IMG/VR virus record: IMGVR_UViG_3300020044_002928
Span: 1-34,677 of that record
Source of the DNA: a virus
Taxonomy: Duplodnaviria; Caudoviricetes
DNA: 34,677 nucleotides
Reading direction: 5' to 3' (one strand)
Shown here: piece by piece, positions 15,701 to 25,500 of the stretch
Layout of the letters: each line of letters starts with the position of its first letter
How positions within the stretch are numbered: position 1 is the stretch's first letter
Translations under genes and position numbers: made by a program
Notes under the pieces: model-generated
What the model was told of the DNA's origin: nothing
Seen by the model: only the letters and a program-made list of their open reading frames with translations
Database searches by the model: none

Positions 15701-17305
15701 ATGCTCGTACCCATTAACGTCAAATCAGATCCCGGCATCAAGCGCGATGGCACGAAGTTCGAGGGAAACTTCTACGTTGACGGACAGTGGGTTCGGTTTC
15801 AGCGCGGGCTGCCGCGTAAGATCGGTGGGTATCGGCAGATCACGAACTTCGTTGAAGGCACCGTCAATCAGTTCCACCTGCAGTCGCTGAACAACTTTAC
15901 CTATACCCATATGGGCTATGGTGAGGGTCTGCAGCGCATGACTATTGATGTGACGGGCAGCACCAGCTCTTTGGTTTCACGCGCACCTGTAGGGTACACA
16001 GGCGGCCCAGAATTTATGTGGCAGTTCGACGCGCTCTATGACGGCGCTGGTAGCTCGACGGTGCTGATAGCGCACGCCACAGATGCCGCGCTGGATATTT
16101 CTACCGGCACAGACTACCCCGCCTATATCGGCAACATTTATGATACGACGCCCCTGACGCCGATCCCAACGGCTGGCGTAAGCGGTGGCGTTGTGGTGCT
16201 ACACCCGTATCTGTTTATGTTTTCCCAGAACGGCTTCGTGAAGTGGTCGGATGCAAACGATCCCACGAACTTTACGACTGGCGATGCAGGCGATGCGTTC
16301 ATTTCATCCTCGAAGATCGTCAAGGGTCTTCCTCTGCGTGGCGGTGGTCAGAACCCGGCTGGTCTTTTCTGGACGCTCGATAGCCTGATTCGCACCTACT
16401 ACACTGGTGGCTCGGATGTGTTTGCGTTTGATACGATCAGTTCATCATCGTCGATCATCGCGGCCAATAGTGTCATCGAGTATGACGGTATTTACTTCTG
16501 GGTCGGTGATGGCCGCTTCATGATGTACAACGGTGTCGTTCGCGAAGTACCGAACAACATGAATATCAACTATTTCTTCGACGGCCTGAACCGCCCGTAT
16601 GCGAATAAAATCTTCGCCTATAAGGTTCCACGCTTTGGTGAGATTTGGTGGTGCTATCCGCGTGGCGATGCAACTGAATGCACGCACGCTGTGATCTATA
16701 ACTTTCGTGAGCAGACATGGTACGACACGGAGCTGCCGAATCTGGGTCGCTCTGCTGGCATCTATGCTGGTTCGCTGAACCGCCCAATCCTTGCTGGCGT
16801 TAACCCAATTAGCCCCGGCGTTCCTGACATCCGCATCACTCAAGCCGATGATACGCGCATTACTGAAGGCGAAGCAATTCGGGTCGTCAGCAATGGCCCG
16901 ACGCGCTACCGCATTTGGCAGCATGAATTTGGCGTGGACGAGATCGATGGCGCACAGATCAATGCAATCGAAAGCTATTTCGAGACGGGCGATATATCGT
17001 TGCTCACGGATGATAACCCACGCAGCCGCTCGATTCACGTCGATATGATTGAGCCTGACTTCGTGCAGCAGGGCGACATGACTGCGCAGATCACCGGCAG
17101 AATCAACGCTCGTGCGCCTGAAGTATATGGCCCACTACGCACCTTCCCGGCTGTGGCGACCGAGAAGTATGAGCAGCAGATCTTCTTTAAGGAACAACGG
17201 CGTGAGCTTCGCTTTAGGTTCAACTCGAACACGGTCGGCGGGGACTATCAGATGGGTAATGTTATTGCTCACATTGAAGTCGCTGATGGCAGGTATCAGA
17301 GCTAA
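15701..17305 (+). CDS. Tail nozzle / head-closure protein (tail tubular B or P22 gp10-like beta-propeller)
   Basis: 534 aa. PGIKRDGT, WVRFQRGLPRKIGGY, VKWSD..DP and FGEIWWCYP...AVIYN..E..WY motifs. Precedes the ejection genes. Confidence 0.7.
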   Translation: MLVPINVKSDPGIKRDGTKFEGNFYVDGQWVRFQRGLPRKIGGYRQITNFVEGTVNQFHLQSLNNFTYTHMGYGEGLQRMTIDVTGSTSSLVSRAPVGYTGGPEFMWQFDALYDGAGSSTVLIAHATDAALDISTGTDYPAYIGNIYDTTPLTPIPTAGVSGGVVVLHPYLFMFSQNGFVKWSDANDPTNFTTGDAGDAFISSSKIVKGLPLRGGGQNPAGLFWTLDSLIRTYYTGGSDVFAFDTISSSSSIIAANSVIEYDGIYFWVGDGRFMMYNGVVREVPNNMNINYFFDGLNRPYANKIFAYKVPRFGEIWWCYPRGDATECTHAVIYNFREQTWYDTELPNLGRSAGIYAGSLNRPILAGVNPISPGVPDIRITQADDTRITEGEAIRVVSNGPTRYRIWQHEFGVDEIDGAQINAIESYFETGDISLLTDDNPRSRSIHVDMIEPDFVQQGDMTAQITGRINARAPEVYGPLRTFPAVATEKYEQQIFFKEQRRELRFRFNSNTVGGDYQMGNVIAHIEVADGRYQS

Positions 17306-17562
17306 TGGCGAAGATTGTAACGACCACGATTGACCCGCGCATTGTTGACAATGTTGTGGATTGGGCGGACTATATGTTCCCGTCTATTGAAGATTTTGGC
17401 GTTGCTGTGCGTCTCATGGACGAAAGAGATTGGAAAAACTGGGCATCTGGGTTATCAACGATTGCGTCACTCGCATCTCTTGGCGTTCCAGACGCATATC
17501 AGTTTGACGATTGGCGCGAATGGGCAATGCGTTTCAACGATGTGGTTAGTCAGGGGTCTTAG
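17305..17562 (+). CDS. Small Trp-rich hypothetical protein
   Basis: Coupled via TAATG; DWADY, DWKNWA and FDDWREWA motifs. Confidence 0.7.
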   Translation: MAKIVTTTIDPRIVDNVVDWADYMFPSIEDFGVAVRLMDERDWKNWASGLSTIASLASLGVPDAYQFDDWREWAMRFNDVVSQGS

Positions 17563-17564
17563 GC

Positions 17565-20138
17565 ATGTTTGAAGATATTTACCTTGACGATCCAGAACTG
17601 CAGCAGGCTTTGATTGACGCTGGGTATTATACGGATCCAGTACGCGCACCAGCTGTAATGCCTGAACGGCCTATGTATATTGAGCCTGAGCCAATACGCA
17701 TGCCAGCCGCAATGCCTTCGACCGTTGAGCCTGCGCGATCTGATGGAACACCTCCGACCTTCACCCGCGTCCCATCGGTTATTCTCACTGCTGAAGGTTA
17801 CAAGCCCAATCCTGCGTACACTGCGGATGTGGCAATACAACGGTATCGCGCCGAGTTGCTCAACAACAATTACTACTCGCCGCAAGAACGTCAGCAAATC
17901 ATGAGCAGCATTGAGAATGCCTACGCTCAACCCGGCGCAACCGGCGAGCAGATAAGCGACGCATACCAAAACGCTTCGGTTGCTGCAACCCGAGCGCGGC
18001 CTCAGGTGGGGCCAGTAGCTGGTATCGGCTCTCCGGCTGTTGCTGCGCCGGCTGCTGCTCCTTCTGTGATTGAAACAGCGGCGCCGCCTTTGTCATACGA
18101 AGCTCTGGCTGACCGCAGGGCTGCGGCGAACACTTTGCCGCAAGGTACATACCTCTCGGCTCCTACGGGTGGCAGGGGAGAGACAACTGGTTTTGACGTA
18201 ACCAACCAGCCGGCCAACGTCTTCCAGTATCGAGGTGGCCCTGTCCGTGTCGTGGACGGCAAGGGTAATGTACTGTTCAGCGGCGAAGGCCCAGAAGGCG
18301 CTGTAGATGCCGCTCGGTTTGCGCAGAATTTAAGTGACACTAAAGGTCCGAATGCCACATGGGATCTTCAGGAAGGCGAACGGACGATTAACCCAGACGG
18401 CTCTGTAGGGCCGATACGTTATGTTTCAGGTCCATCCACCCGCGCCAAAGGCATGGGTGCTGTCGGCGATCTAATCGCCTTTGTTGCGCCGATTGCTACC
18501 GCAATTGCCACCGCTGGCATGAGCATACCAGCCCAGATGGCTATGGCTGCTGCCGTAGGCGGTCTTGGTGCCGTTGCTTCGGGCAGGGATCCGCTCAAGG
18601 CTGCGGTAGTTTCGGGAATCACAGCAGGCCTTTCATCTGCTGGCGGTAAATACGCCGGACTTGCACTTGAAGAGGGCGGCGCTCTCGGCACCAAACTTAC
18701 GGCAGATTTAGCTAAGGCTGTTGGCACGGGCGTCGGCGCGACCACAGGCGGCTTGGTTACAGGCAGCAGCTTAGAAAATGCCCTACTTAGTGGAGCTGCT
18801 TCAGGTGCCCTGAGCTATTACGGGCCTGCCATCCAGAGGGGCATAGGCGCTGTAGGTGGTGCAATCGGTGATGCGTTTGATGGCATTAATGTTATCGGCG
18901 GCGGTACTTCAGGCGTTAACATAAATACCGGCGGCGGCAGATCGAATTCACCAAGGGAAGCATCAGGCACTGAGCCACCCGCAGCTACTGTTATAGGCGG
19001 CACCACGTCTGGCGTTGGTATTGGTGGCGGCAGCGGTATTACTCGTGTTGATGTACCGGCTTCAACGGTTGCCAATGAAACCCCCGTAGAAGAAGAACCA
19101 CCCGCAGCTACTGTTATTGGCGGCGGAACTACTGGCGGCGTAAACCTATCACCTGAGGTACGTGCTGGAATAGCTGAATTTGAGAGGAATCCTATTGTCT
19201 CAACAGCAAACAGGGTTGAGCAGCCTACTGGTGCATTCCTCCCTACTTTAGATCCCGGCCTAATCGACAGGTTGTCGGGCATGGAGAACTACGCGGAGCA
19301 GCCAATCGACGTTACTGGTAGAAAGACTATTCCGGGAATAGCTGTTCCAGACATTGGTCTTGGCATTGGGTCAATCACCGACACGCTGCCCACACCGAAG
19401 CTAGATCCCGCTCTAACAGAAAAATCCACGCTGGATAAAATTAAAGACGCATATGATATAGCTACGGTTGGAGCCGCACTTCTCCCGCTGATCCCAAGTG
19501 GTGGTGGCGATGATGGTACTGGCGGAATCGGCTCTGGTACTGGCGGCGGCCTGACCTTTACGAAAAGCCCATTGAGGCCAACTCTTACTGGCGGTGGCAC
19601 TGGCGGAATCGGCGGAGTTGGCGGTCGCTATCCCTATACGCCACAGACCTATGGCCGGCGCGGTGGTGATCAGGAGACAGAGTATCTGTTCTTTACGCGA
19701 GATCCCGTGACGGGCCAAGGCTCATTGCAGTCCGCCCCTGCACCAATCACCACGCCCATTGCAAATGAGGCTGCCGCTCCGGCAATGGTTGTTCCTTCTG
19801 GGAATGCTTTTGCTGAAGGTGGCGAAGTCGATGATGATATGGTAAAGCATCTCGTCGAGTATCATAAGAATGGCGGTCATCAGGGCCCCGGACAGGTAAA
19901 GGGTATCGGCAGCGGTCAGGACGATAAGATCCCGGCATGGCTATCTGATGGTGAATATGTCTGGAGCGCGCAGGATGTTGCTGATCTTGGCGATGGATCG
20001 ACTGATGAAGGCGTGCGCCGTCTTGACAAAATGCGCCAAATGGTGCGTCGTCAAGCTGGCCGCAAGGACGTAAAAAAGATTGCAAAACCCCAGAAGGGTA
20101 TAGATAGAATGCTTAAAGCTGTTGGAGGATTGGCGTAA
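17565..20138 (+). CDS. Putative internal virion/ejection protein with glycine-zipper hydrophobic segment
   Basis: 857 aa; Ala/Gly hydrophobic middle; C-terminal FAEGG...GPGQVKGIGSGQDDKIPAWLSDGEYV motif. Confidence 0.6.
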   Translation: MFEDIYLDDPELQQALIDAGYYTDPVRAPAVMPERPMYIEPEPIRMPAAMPSTVEPARSDGTPPTFTRVPSVILTAEGYKPNPAYTADVAIQRYRAELLNNNYYSPQERQQIMSSIENAYAQPGATGEQISDAYQNASVAATRARPQVGPVAGIGSPAVAAPAAAPSVIETAAPPLSYEALADRRAAANTLPQGTYLSAPTGGRGETTGFDVTNQPANVFQYRGGPVRVVDGKGNVLFSGEGPEGAVDAARFAQNLSDTKGPNATWDLQEGERTINPDGSVGPIRYVSGPSTRAKGMGAVGDLIAFVAPIATAIATAGMSIPAQMAMAAAVGGLGAVASGRDPLKAAVVSGITAGLSSAGGKYAGLALEEGGALGTKLTADLAKAVGTGVGATTGGLVTGSSLENALLSGAASGALSYYGPAIQRGIGAVGGAIGDAFDGINVIGGGTSGVNINTGGGRSNSPREASGTEPPAATVIGGTTSGVGIGGGSGITRVDVPASTVANETPVEEEPPAATVIGGGTTGGVNLSPEVRAGIAEFERNPIVSTANRVEQPTGAFLPTLDPGLIDRLSGMENYAEQPIDVTGRKTIPGIAVPDIGLGIGSITDTLPTPKLDPALTEKSTLDKIKDAYDIATVGAALLPLIPSGGGDDGTGGIGSGTGGGLTFTKSPLRPTLTGGGTGGIGGVGGRYPYTPQTYGRRGGDQETEYLFFTRDPVTGQGSLQSAPAPITTPIANEAAAPAMVVPSGNAFAEGGEVDDDMVKHLVEYHKNGGHQGPGQVKGIGSGQDDKIPAWLSDGEYVWSAQDVADLGDGSTDEGVRRLDKMRQMVRRQAGRKDVKKIAKPQKGIDRMLKAVGGLA

Positions 20139-21067
20139 TGGCTGTCACACAAACTGTCACCGAGACCAAGCTACCTCAGTGGCTTGTAGACGCCTACACC
20201 AAGAGCATTGAAAGGGGCTATGAGGCTACGACTACGCCTTATCAGCCCTATACTGGCGGCCCACGACTTGCCGCTGTTTCTCCGCAGGAGCAGCAAGCCT
20301 ACCAGATGACGTCTCAGAACGTCGGAAACTTCCGGCCTTACACGCAGGCTGCTGGTCAGTACATCGCAGGCGGCACGCAATCATTTACTGATCCCGGCGT
20401 AGCATCTCGGTTCATGAACCCATACACCCAGAACGTCGTCTCTGGGATTGGCGCTGCAGCTGGTCGGAACCTGTATGAGAACCTACTGCCTGCAGTGAAC
20501 CGCACGTTTGTCGGCGGCGGCACGTTTGGTGGTAGTCGGAGCGCTGAGTTTACGGCGCGTGCGGTGCGCGATGCCAACGCCGCTGCTCTCTCAGCCCAGA
20601 ACGAAGCTCTGCAGAAGGGCTATGAAAGCGGTATGGGTCAGTTCAACACTGAGGCTGGTCGCTATCTCACTGCAGCTGAGCGGGCCGCAGGGCTTGGCGG
20701 AGACATTCAGAGATTGGCTGGAACTGAAACGGCTGCTCTTGAAGCGGCTGGTCGCGCACAGCGTGGGTTTGAGCAGGAGTCGCTTGACTTAGCGAAATCC
20801 GATTTCGATGCTCAGCGCGATTTTGATTACATGCAAGCTCGGCGTTTTGCGGAGTTTACCGGAACGCCAAGTGCAAGCGGATCAGGCACTCGTTATGAGC
20901 AGGCTCCCGGTGCAAATAAGACGGCGCAGACGCTTGGAGCTATTGCCACTGGCATTGGCGCTCTTGGCAACGTCTTTGGTAAGAAGGACGGCGGCCCAAT
21001 TACCGCAGATGGCAAGCGTAACATCAAGCACCCGATGCACGGGCTTGGATGGCTGAAAGGCAAATAA
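20138..21067 (+). CDS. Putative DNA-transfer/ejection (pilot) protein
   Basis: LPQW, PYQPYTGGPRLA, FMNPYTQNVV and GTFGGSR motifs with a C-terminal Gly/Ala hydrophobic segment. Confidence 0.65.
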   Translation: MAVTQTVTETKLPQWLVDAYTKSIERGYEATTTPYQPYTGGPRLAAVSPQEQQAYQMTSQNVGNFRPYTQAAGQYIAGGTQSFTDPGVASRFMNPYTQNVVSGIGAAAGRNLYENLLPAVNRTFVGGGTFGGSRSAEFTARAVRDANAAALSAQNEALQKGYESGMGQFNTEAGRYLTAAERAAGLGGDIQRLAGTETAALEAAGRAQRGFEQESLDLAKSDFDAQRDFDYMQARRFAEFTGTPSASGSGTRYEQAPGANKTAQTLGAIATGIGALGNVFGKKDGGPITADGKRNIKHPMHGLGWLKGK

Positions 21068-21068
21068 G

Positions 21069-22580
21069 ATGGCGATGACAATCCAGCAGGCGCAAATGAG
21101 AGCGTTGCAGCTGCGGGCACAGAGGCCTGAACTGCAGAACATGGCTGTTCAAGATTTGGTTGCTCAGGTCATGGCGAATGAAGGCATGGGCACTCCCGGC
21201 GCTGGTGGCGGTGGGCTTGCTGAGATATTCCAGCCAGTTAGGGTGCTAACCCCGTCATCTCCAGCGCCTATGGAGGCCGCTCTGCTAAAGGCTCCGAAGC
21301 CGACTGCTGAGATTGTTCCGGGTGCTGGCGCGGATTCCTTACGGCGCGCACGAGAAGTTCGTGACTTTACAGTTCAGCCAGCAACTCCTGATGAAAGAGC
21401 GGCTGCTAACGCACGGGTGCAGGCGCTTATTGCTGAATTGCCTGCAGGTGCTGGAGCGCCTGCACCTGAGGTGACTGCCGCTACTCCTGCTGCTGCTCCT
21501 GCGGCGGTGGCGGAAAAACCGAAATACACATCCCGTTACAGGCCACAGCTTGAGCAGAAGCAGGTTGAACTTGAGCAGCTGAAGGCGACTGTACCAGCGG
21601 GTGCCGCGACTCCTCCTGAACTAGCGTCTAGGTTAAGAAACCTATCTGGCGTAGTTTCTCGGCTGGAGGGCATGGTCGCAGCTGAAGAGGGTGCTGTTGT
21701 CGATGCTGAACGCGCAGCCCTGTTGGAGCGACAGGCGGCACGCCTTGGCCGTGAAGAAGAGTTGGTGGAGAAGGCACGCAAGCGCGCTCCGTTTGATGCG
21801 TTGATTGCTGGCGGCGCTGCACTCGCAGGTGCAAAGCCCGGTGAAAACTTTGCCTCTGCATTGGCTCGCGGCCTTCAGGCTGGATCTGAAAAATATACTG
21901 GTGCTCGTGATGCTCGTGAAAATGCTCTTCGCGGTATTGAAGAGAAGCGCGATGCTTATACGCTGCAGAAAATCGATGCGCTTCAGGCTGCCCGTGACAA
22001 GGCTATTGAACTGGCCAATGCCGGAGTCCAGCTGACTAAAGAAGAGTATGCTTTGGCAAACCTAGAGGATGCGGATGTTGTCGCTTTGGGCACTCAGCAA
22101 GCTCGGATTGATGAAGCTGTGGCAAAGGCGGACAAGGCCCAGACTGAGGCTGAATTTGCGCCACAAATACTGCAGTCTGAGATAGCTCTCAGAAAGGCTC
22201 AGGCTGTAGATGCCCTTAGGCCACCGTCCTCTGGCGGCAGTGGTGGATCTGGCACGGGGACGCTTTCTCCAACACAGGCGTACAATCGTGCCGAGTCATC
22301 TAGGAAGCTATTAGACAAACTAGAGAAGCGGATTATTGAGGCTGATGACAAGGGTGACGTTGCAGCTACAGAGCAGTTGTTAAACCAGTACAAGAGTTAT
22401 CGCGATGCGTACAATCAGAACGCTGCGGGCGCTGGACTTCCCCCTATCACCGTGAGAGGGTTCCCGGTTAAATTGCCAAAATACGAAAACTACGTTAAGA
22501 AAAAAGGACGTCATCCTTCAGGGAGAACTTATACCACTGAATCAACTGGTACGATTGTTTCTTCTAAACCACTCAAATGA
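21069..22580 (+). CDS. Putative ejection protein, alpha-helical/coiled-coil
   Basis: 503 aa, Ala/Glu-rich, ALIAGGAALAG..GENFASALARG segment. Lies between the pilot and the giant virion protein. Confidence 0.6.
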   Translation: MAMTIQQAQMRALQLRAQRPELQNMAVQDLVAQVMANEGMGTPGAGGGGLAEIFQPVRVLTPSSPAPMEAALLKAPKPTAEIVPGAGADSLRRAREVRDFTVQPATPDERAAANARVQALIAELPAGAGAPAPEVTAATPAAAPAAVAEKPKYTSRYRPQLEQKQVELEQLKATVPAGAATPPELASRLRNLSGVVSRLEGMVAAEEGAVVDAERAALLERQAARLGREEELVEKARKRAPFDALIAGGAALAGAKPGENFASALARGLQAGSEKYTGARDARENALRGIEEKRDAYTLQKIDALQAARDKAIELANAGVQLTKEEYALANLEDADVVALGTQQARIDEAVAKADKAQTEAEFAPQILQSEIALRKAQAVDALRPPSSGGSGGSGTGTLSPTQAYNRAESSRKLLDKLEKRIIEADDKGDVAATEQLLNQYKSYRDAYNQNAAGAGLPPITVRGFPVKLPKYENYVKKKGRHPSGRTYTTESTGTIVSSKPLK

Positions 22581-22595
22581 TGATAGGAGTGCCAC

Positions 22596-25500
22596 ATGGC
22601 AAACTATCGATACACATATGACTACAACGGAAGACGCTATGAGATAGACGCTCCAAAGGGGTCTACAGCAGCTGACCTTCAGAGGATTGTGGAGGGCTCT
22701 TCGCGAGGCAAAGCTCCTGTCTCTAACAGGCGGGACACGCGGGACACGCGGGCTGCTGCGCCAGATCCAGCTGTTGAAAATGACCGAAAGAAAACCGCCG
22801 CAAGCATAGCCAATGCACAAAAATCAATTGCCAGTTTAACCGAGCAGCTGCAGAACCCTACTATCCAGTCTAATCCAGATAGGTATCGTGCAATTGAAGC
22901 CGCAATTAACGGTCAGAAAGAAGCGCTTAGGGTTAATCAAAACAGACTTGGGTACTTAGAAAAGACTGGGAAGCTGCCGCCGGGCCTAACCGCGACTGGC
23001 GGGATATCTGATTTTCTTCGCGGCATTCCCCGCACCCTTACGCAATTTCCGGGCCAAGTGGTCGAAGGTGTTTCTGGTTTAATCGGCTCTGGTCTTCAGG
23101 CAGTAGGCGCGGAAGACACTGGTAAGGCAATATCTAACTTCGGTACTCGTGCACAAAAGGCAGGCACCGAGTTTGCTGAAGATGTATTTGGCGGACGAAG
23201 CGAGGCTACCCAGTTTTCTCCTACTGCAAGATTTATTGCAATGGGTGGAGAAGGCGTGGGAAGCACGTTGCCATACGTCATCACAAGTGGCCTTGGCGGT
23301 ACTGCTGCTAACCTATCGAAGACAGGTCGCGCCACTAGGTTGGCAGGCGGCGTGCCAACTGCTGAGAAGGTCGCTCAAAGAACCAACTATCTTATTGCTG
23401 GGGCTCAAGGATCACAGCAAGCTGGTCAGCAGGCGCAGGAGTTCCGTGAACAGGGTGGCACCGTTTCGCCACTTCAAGAGCTTGCAGCTCGCAGTGTTGG
23501 CACGGGCCTTGGCCTTACTGAGGTCGGCGTAGCAAATCGTATGATTGAGAGGTTGCCGGTCTCTGCGCGCACCTCAGCTATTGACAGTGCATCTAACCTT
23601 GTTGAACGTGCAACCCTTGGGCGCGTCGATCCAAAGGCGGCATTTGATTCTGTCAAAAGAGCTGTAGCTGGTGTTGAAGCAAAGGCTCTTGGGCGGACTG
23701 CATTAAGCACGCTTGAAGAGGGTTTGCAAGAAGGTGCTGTACAGCTTGGTCAGAACCTTGCTGCCAAGGCTATCTATAACCCAAACCAAGATGCTTTCGA
23801 GGGCGTGGGAGAAAGCGCATTACTTGGCGGTGTCGTTGGCGGTACTATCAGCGGCGGCGTTGAAACCACGCGCAAAGTCCTTGGCTCTAAGCCTGATGAT
23901 ACAGGCGCTCCACCGCCGCCACCTCCGCCTTCAGGCGTGCCACCAACCGCTCCTCCGCCTGCAGAAATGGGCGCTCTCGCTGAAGCTCTTGGCCCGGTCG
24001 GCGGCAAGATTACTCTTCAGGATGCTTTCGGCCCGCAGGAATACACATTCGAAGGCTTCGACAAAAAAGGTAAGGTCGTCCTCACGGATGTTGACGGCGT
24101 AACATTATCTGAAGATCCTGATTGGGTTCAGGGTGCTATTAAGTCTGGCGTCGTTGAGTCCGAAGAGGGCTTGGGTGGCATGGCCTTTAGCACGGGCATT
24201 GAAGAGGAAGCGGCTGCGCCGCCTCCGCCACCGCCTACTGAGAAGCCGAAGTTCACTCTTGAGCCTGCGCCTACGACTGGCGATGAGTTCGTCTCAAACA
24301 TCCTTGATAGCAAGCCGGTGGCCCCATCGGTATTCTCTCCGGATGTGGCTCCACCGATTTTTTCACCGCCTACTGAGAAGCCCAAGTTCACCATTGAGCC
24401 CGCGCCTGTAGCAGAAGAGCCTGAGCTTCCGCCTCCGCCACCAGAGCGCGTGCGGACTGTCACAACTCCCGGCGGCTCTAAGGTAAACACTGCCTTCGAA
24501 GTCGTTGATGCTGCCAATCTGACAGCGGCCACAGGTGATCTACAGAACCGCGACCGCAGCCGGGCTTCCACTGATATACAGGTGCAAGACATCTTCTCAA
24601 ACTTTGACCCTGAGCGTCTTGGTGAGAGCCTTGAGAGTGACCGTGGCTCTCCGATTGTTGGCCCTGATAACACCGTCGAGAGCGGCAACGGTCGCGTCAT
24701 GGCGATCAACAAGGTGTACGACGAGTCCCCTGAGAAGGCTGATGCCTATCGCAATTTTATTGAAGGTCAGGGCTTCGACACATCTGGGCTTGAACGTCCG
24801 GTTCTGGTGCGCCGTCGGATTGATCGGATGACGCCTGACCAGCGCTCTAAGTTCGTGCGTGAAAGCAACATGGATACGAAGCTGCAGCTCAGCACAAGCG
24901 AGAAAGCGCAGACTGACGCAGCGTCCCTCACGCCTGATGTTATGGGCCTCATGGCGTCTCCAGACGTTAGCGCCTCGGCCAATCAAGGCTTTGTGCGCGC
25001 TTTCCTATCGAAGCTACCAACCCAAGAGCAGGCTGCGTTCCTTGATAAAGAAGGGCGTCTATCGGCTGACGGTATTCGCCGCCTTCGTACCGCCGTTAAA
25101 TCATCGGCATATGGTGATGCTGACCTGATCAACACGCTTGATGAGTCACAGGACAATAATATCAAGAGCATCGGTGGTGCGCTTGAGGATGTTGCTCCGG
25201 CATGGCGTCGCATGCTTGACGCAATCAGGGACGGCGAAGTCGATGCGGAGATGGACACGACCAAGCAGCTCGTTGAGGCAGCCAAGATTGTGCGTGATGT
25301 CCGCAATAAGGGAATGAAGATTGGAGACTTCCTCTCGCAGCAGGACGCCTTTAACCCGCTCGATCCTGTAACTGAGCGGTTCATCCGTTCGTTCTATAAT
25401 GAAAGCCTTGGTCGTGCAGCAGGGCGCGAAGCCATTGCTGATACGCTTAATAAATATGCGCGTCGAGCTGCAGAGCAGACAACGAGTGAGGGGTTGTTTG

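Noticed and set aside
17565-20138. Tape measure protein call based on the LSDGEYV motif
   Set aside because: No major tail, tail chaperone or baseplate genes are present. Context (after nozzle, before pilot-like proteins) fits a podoviral ejection protein.
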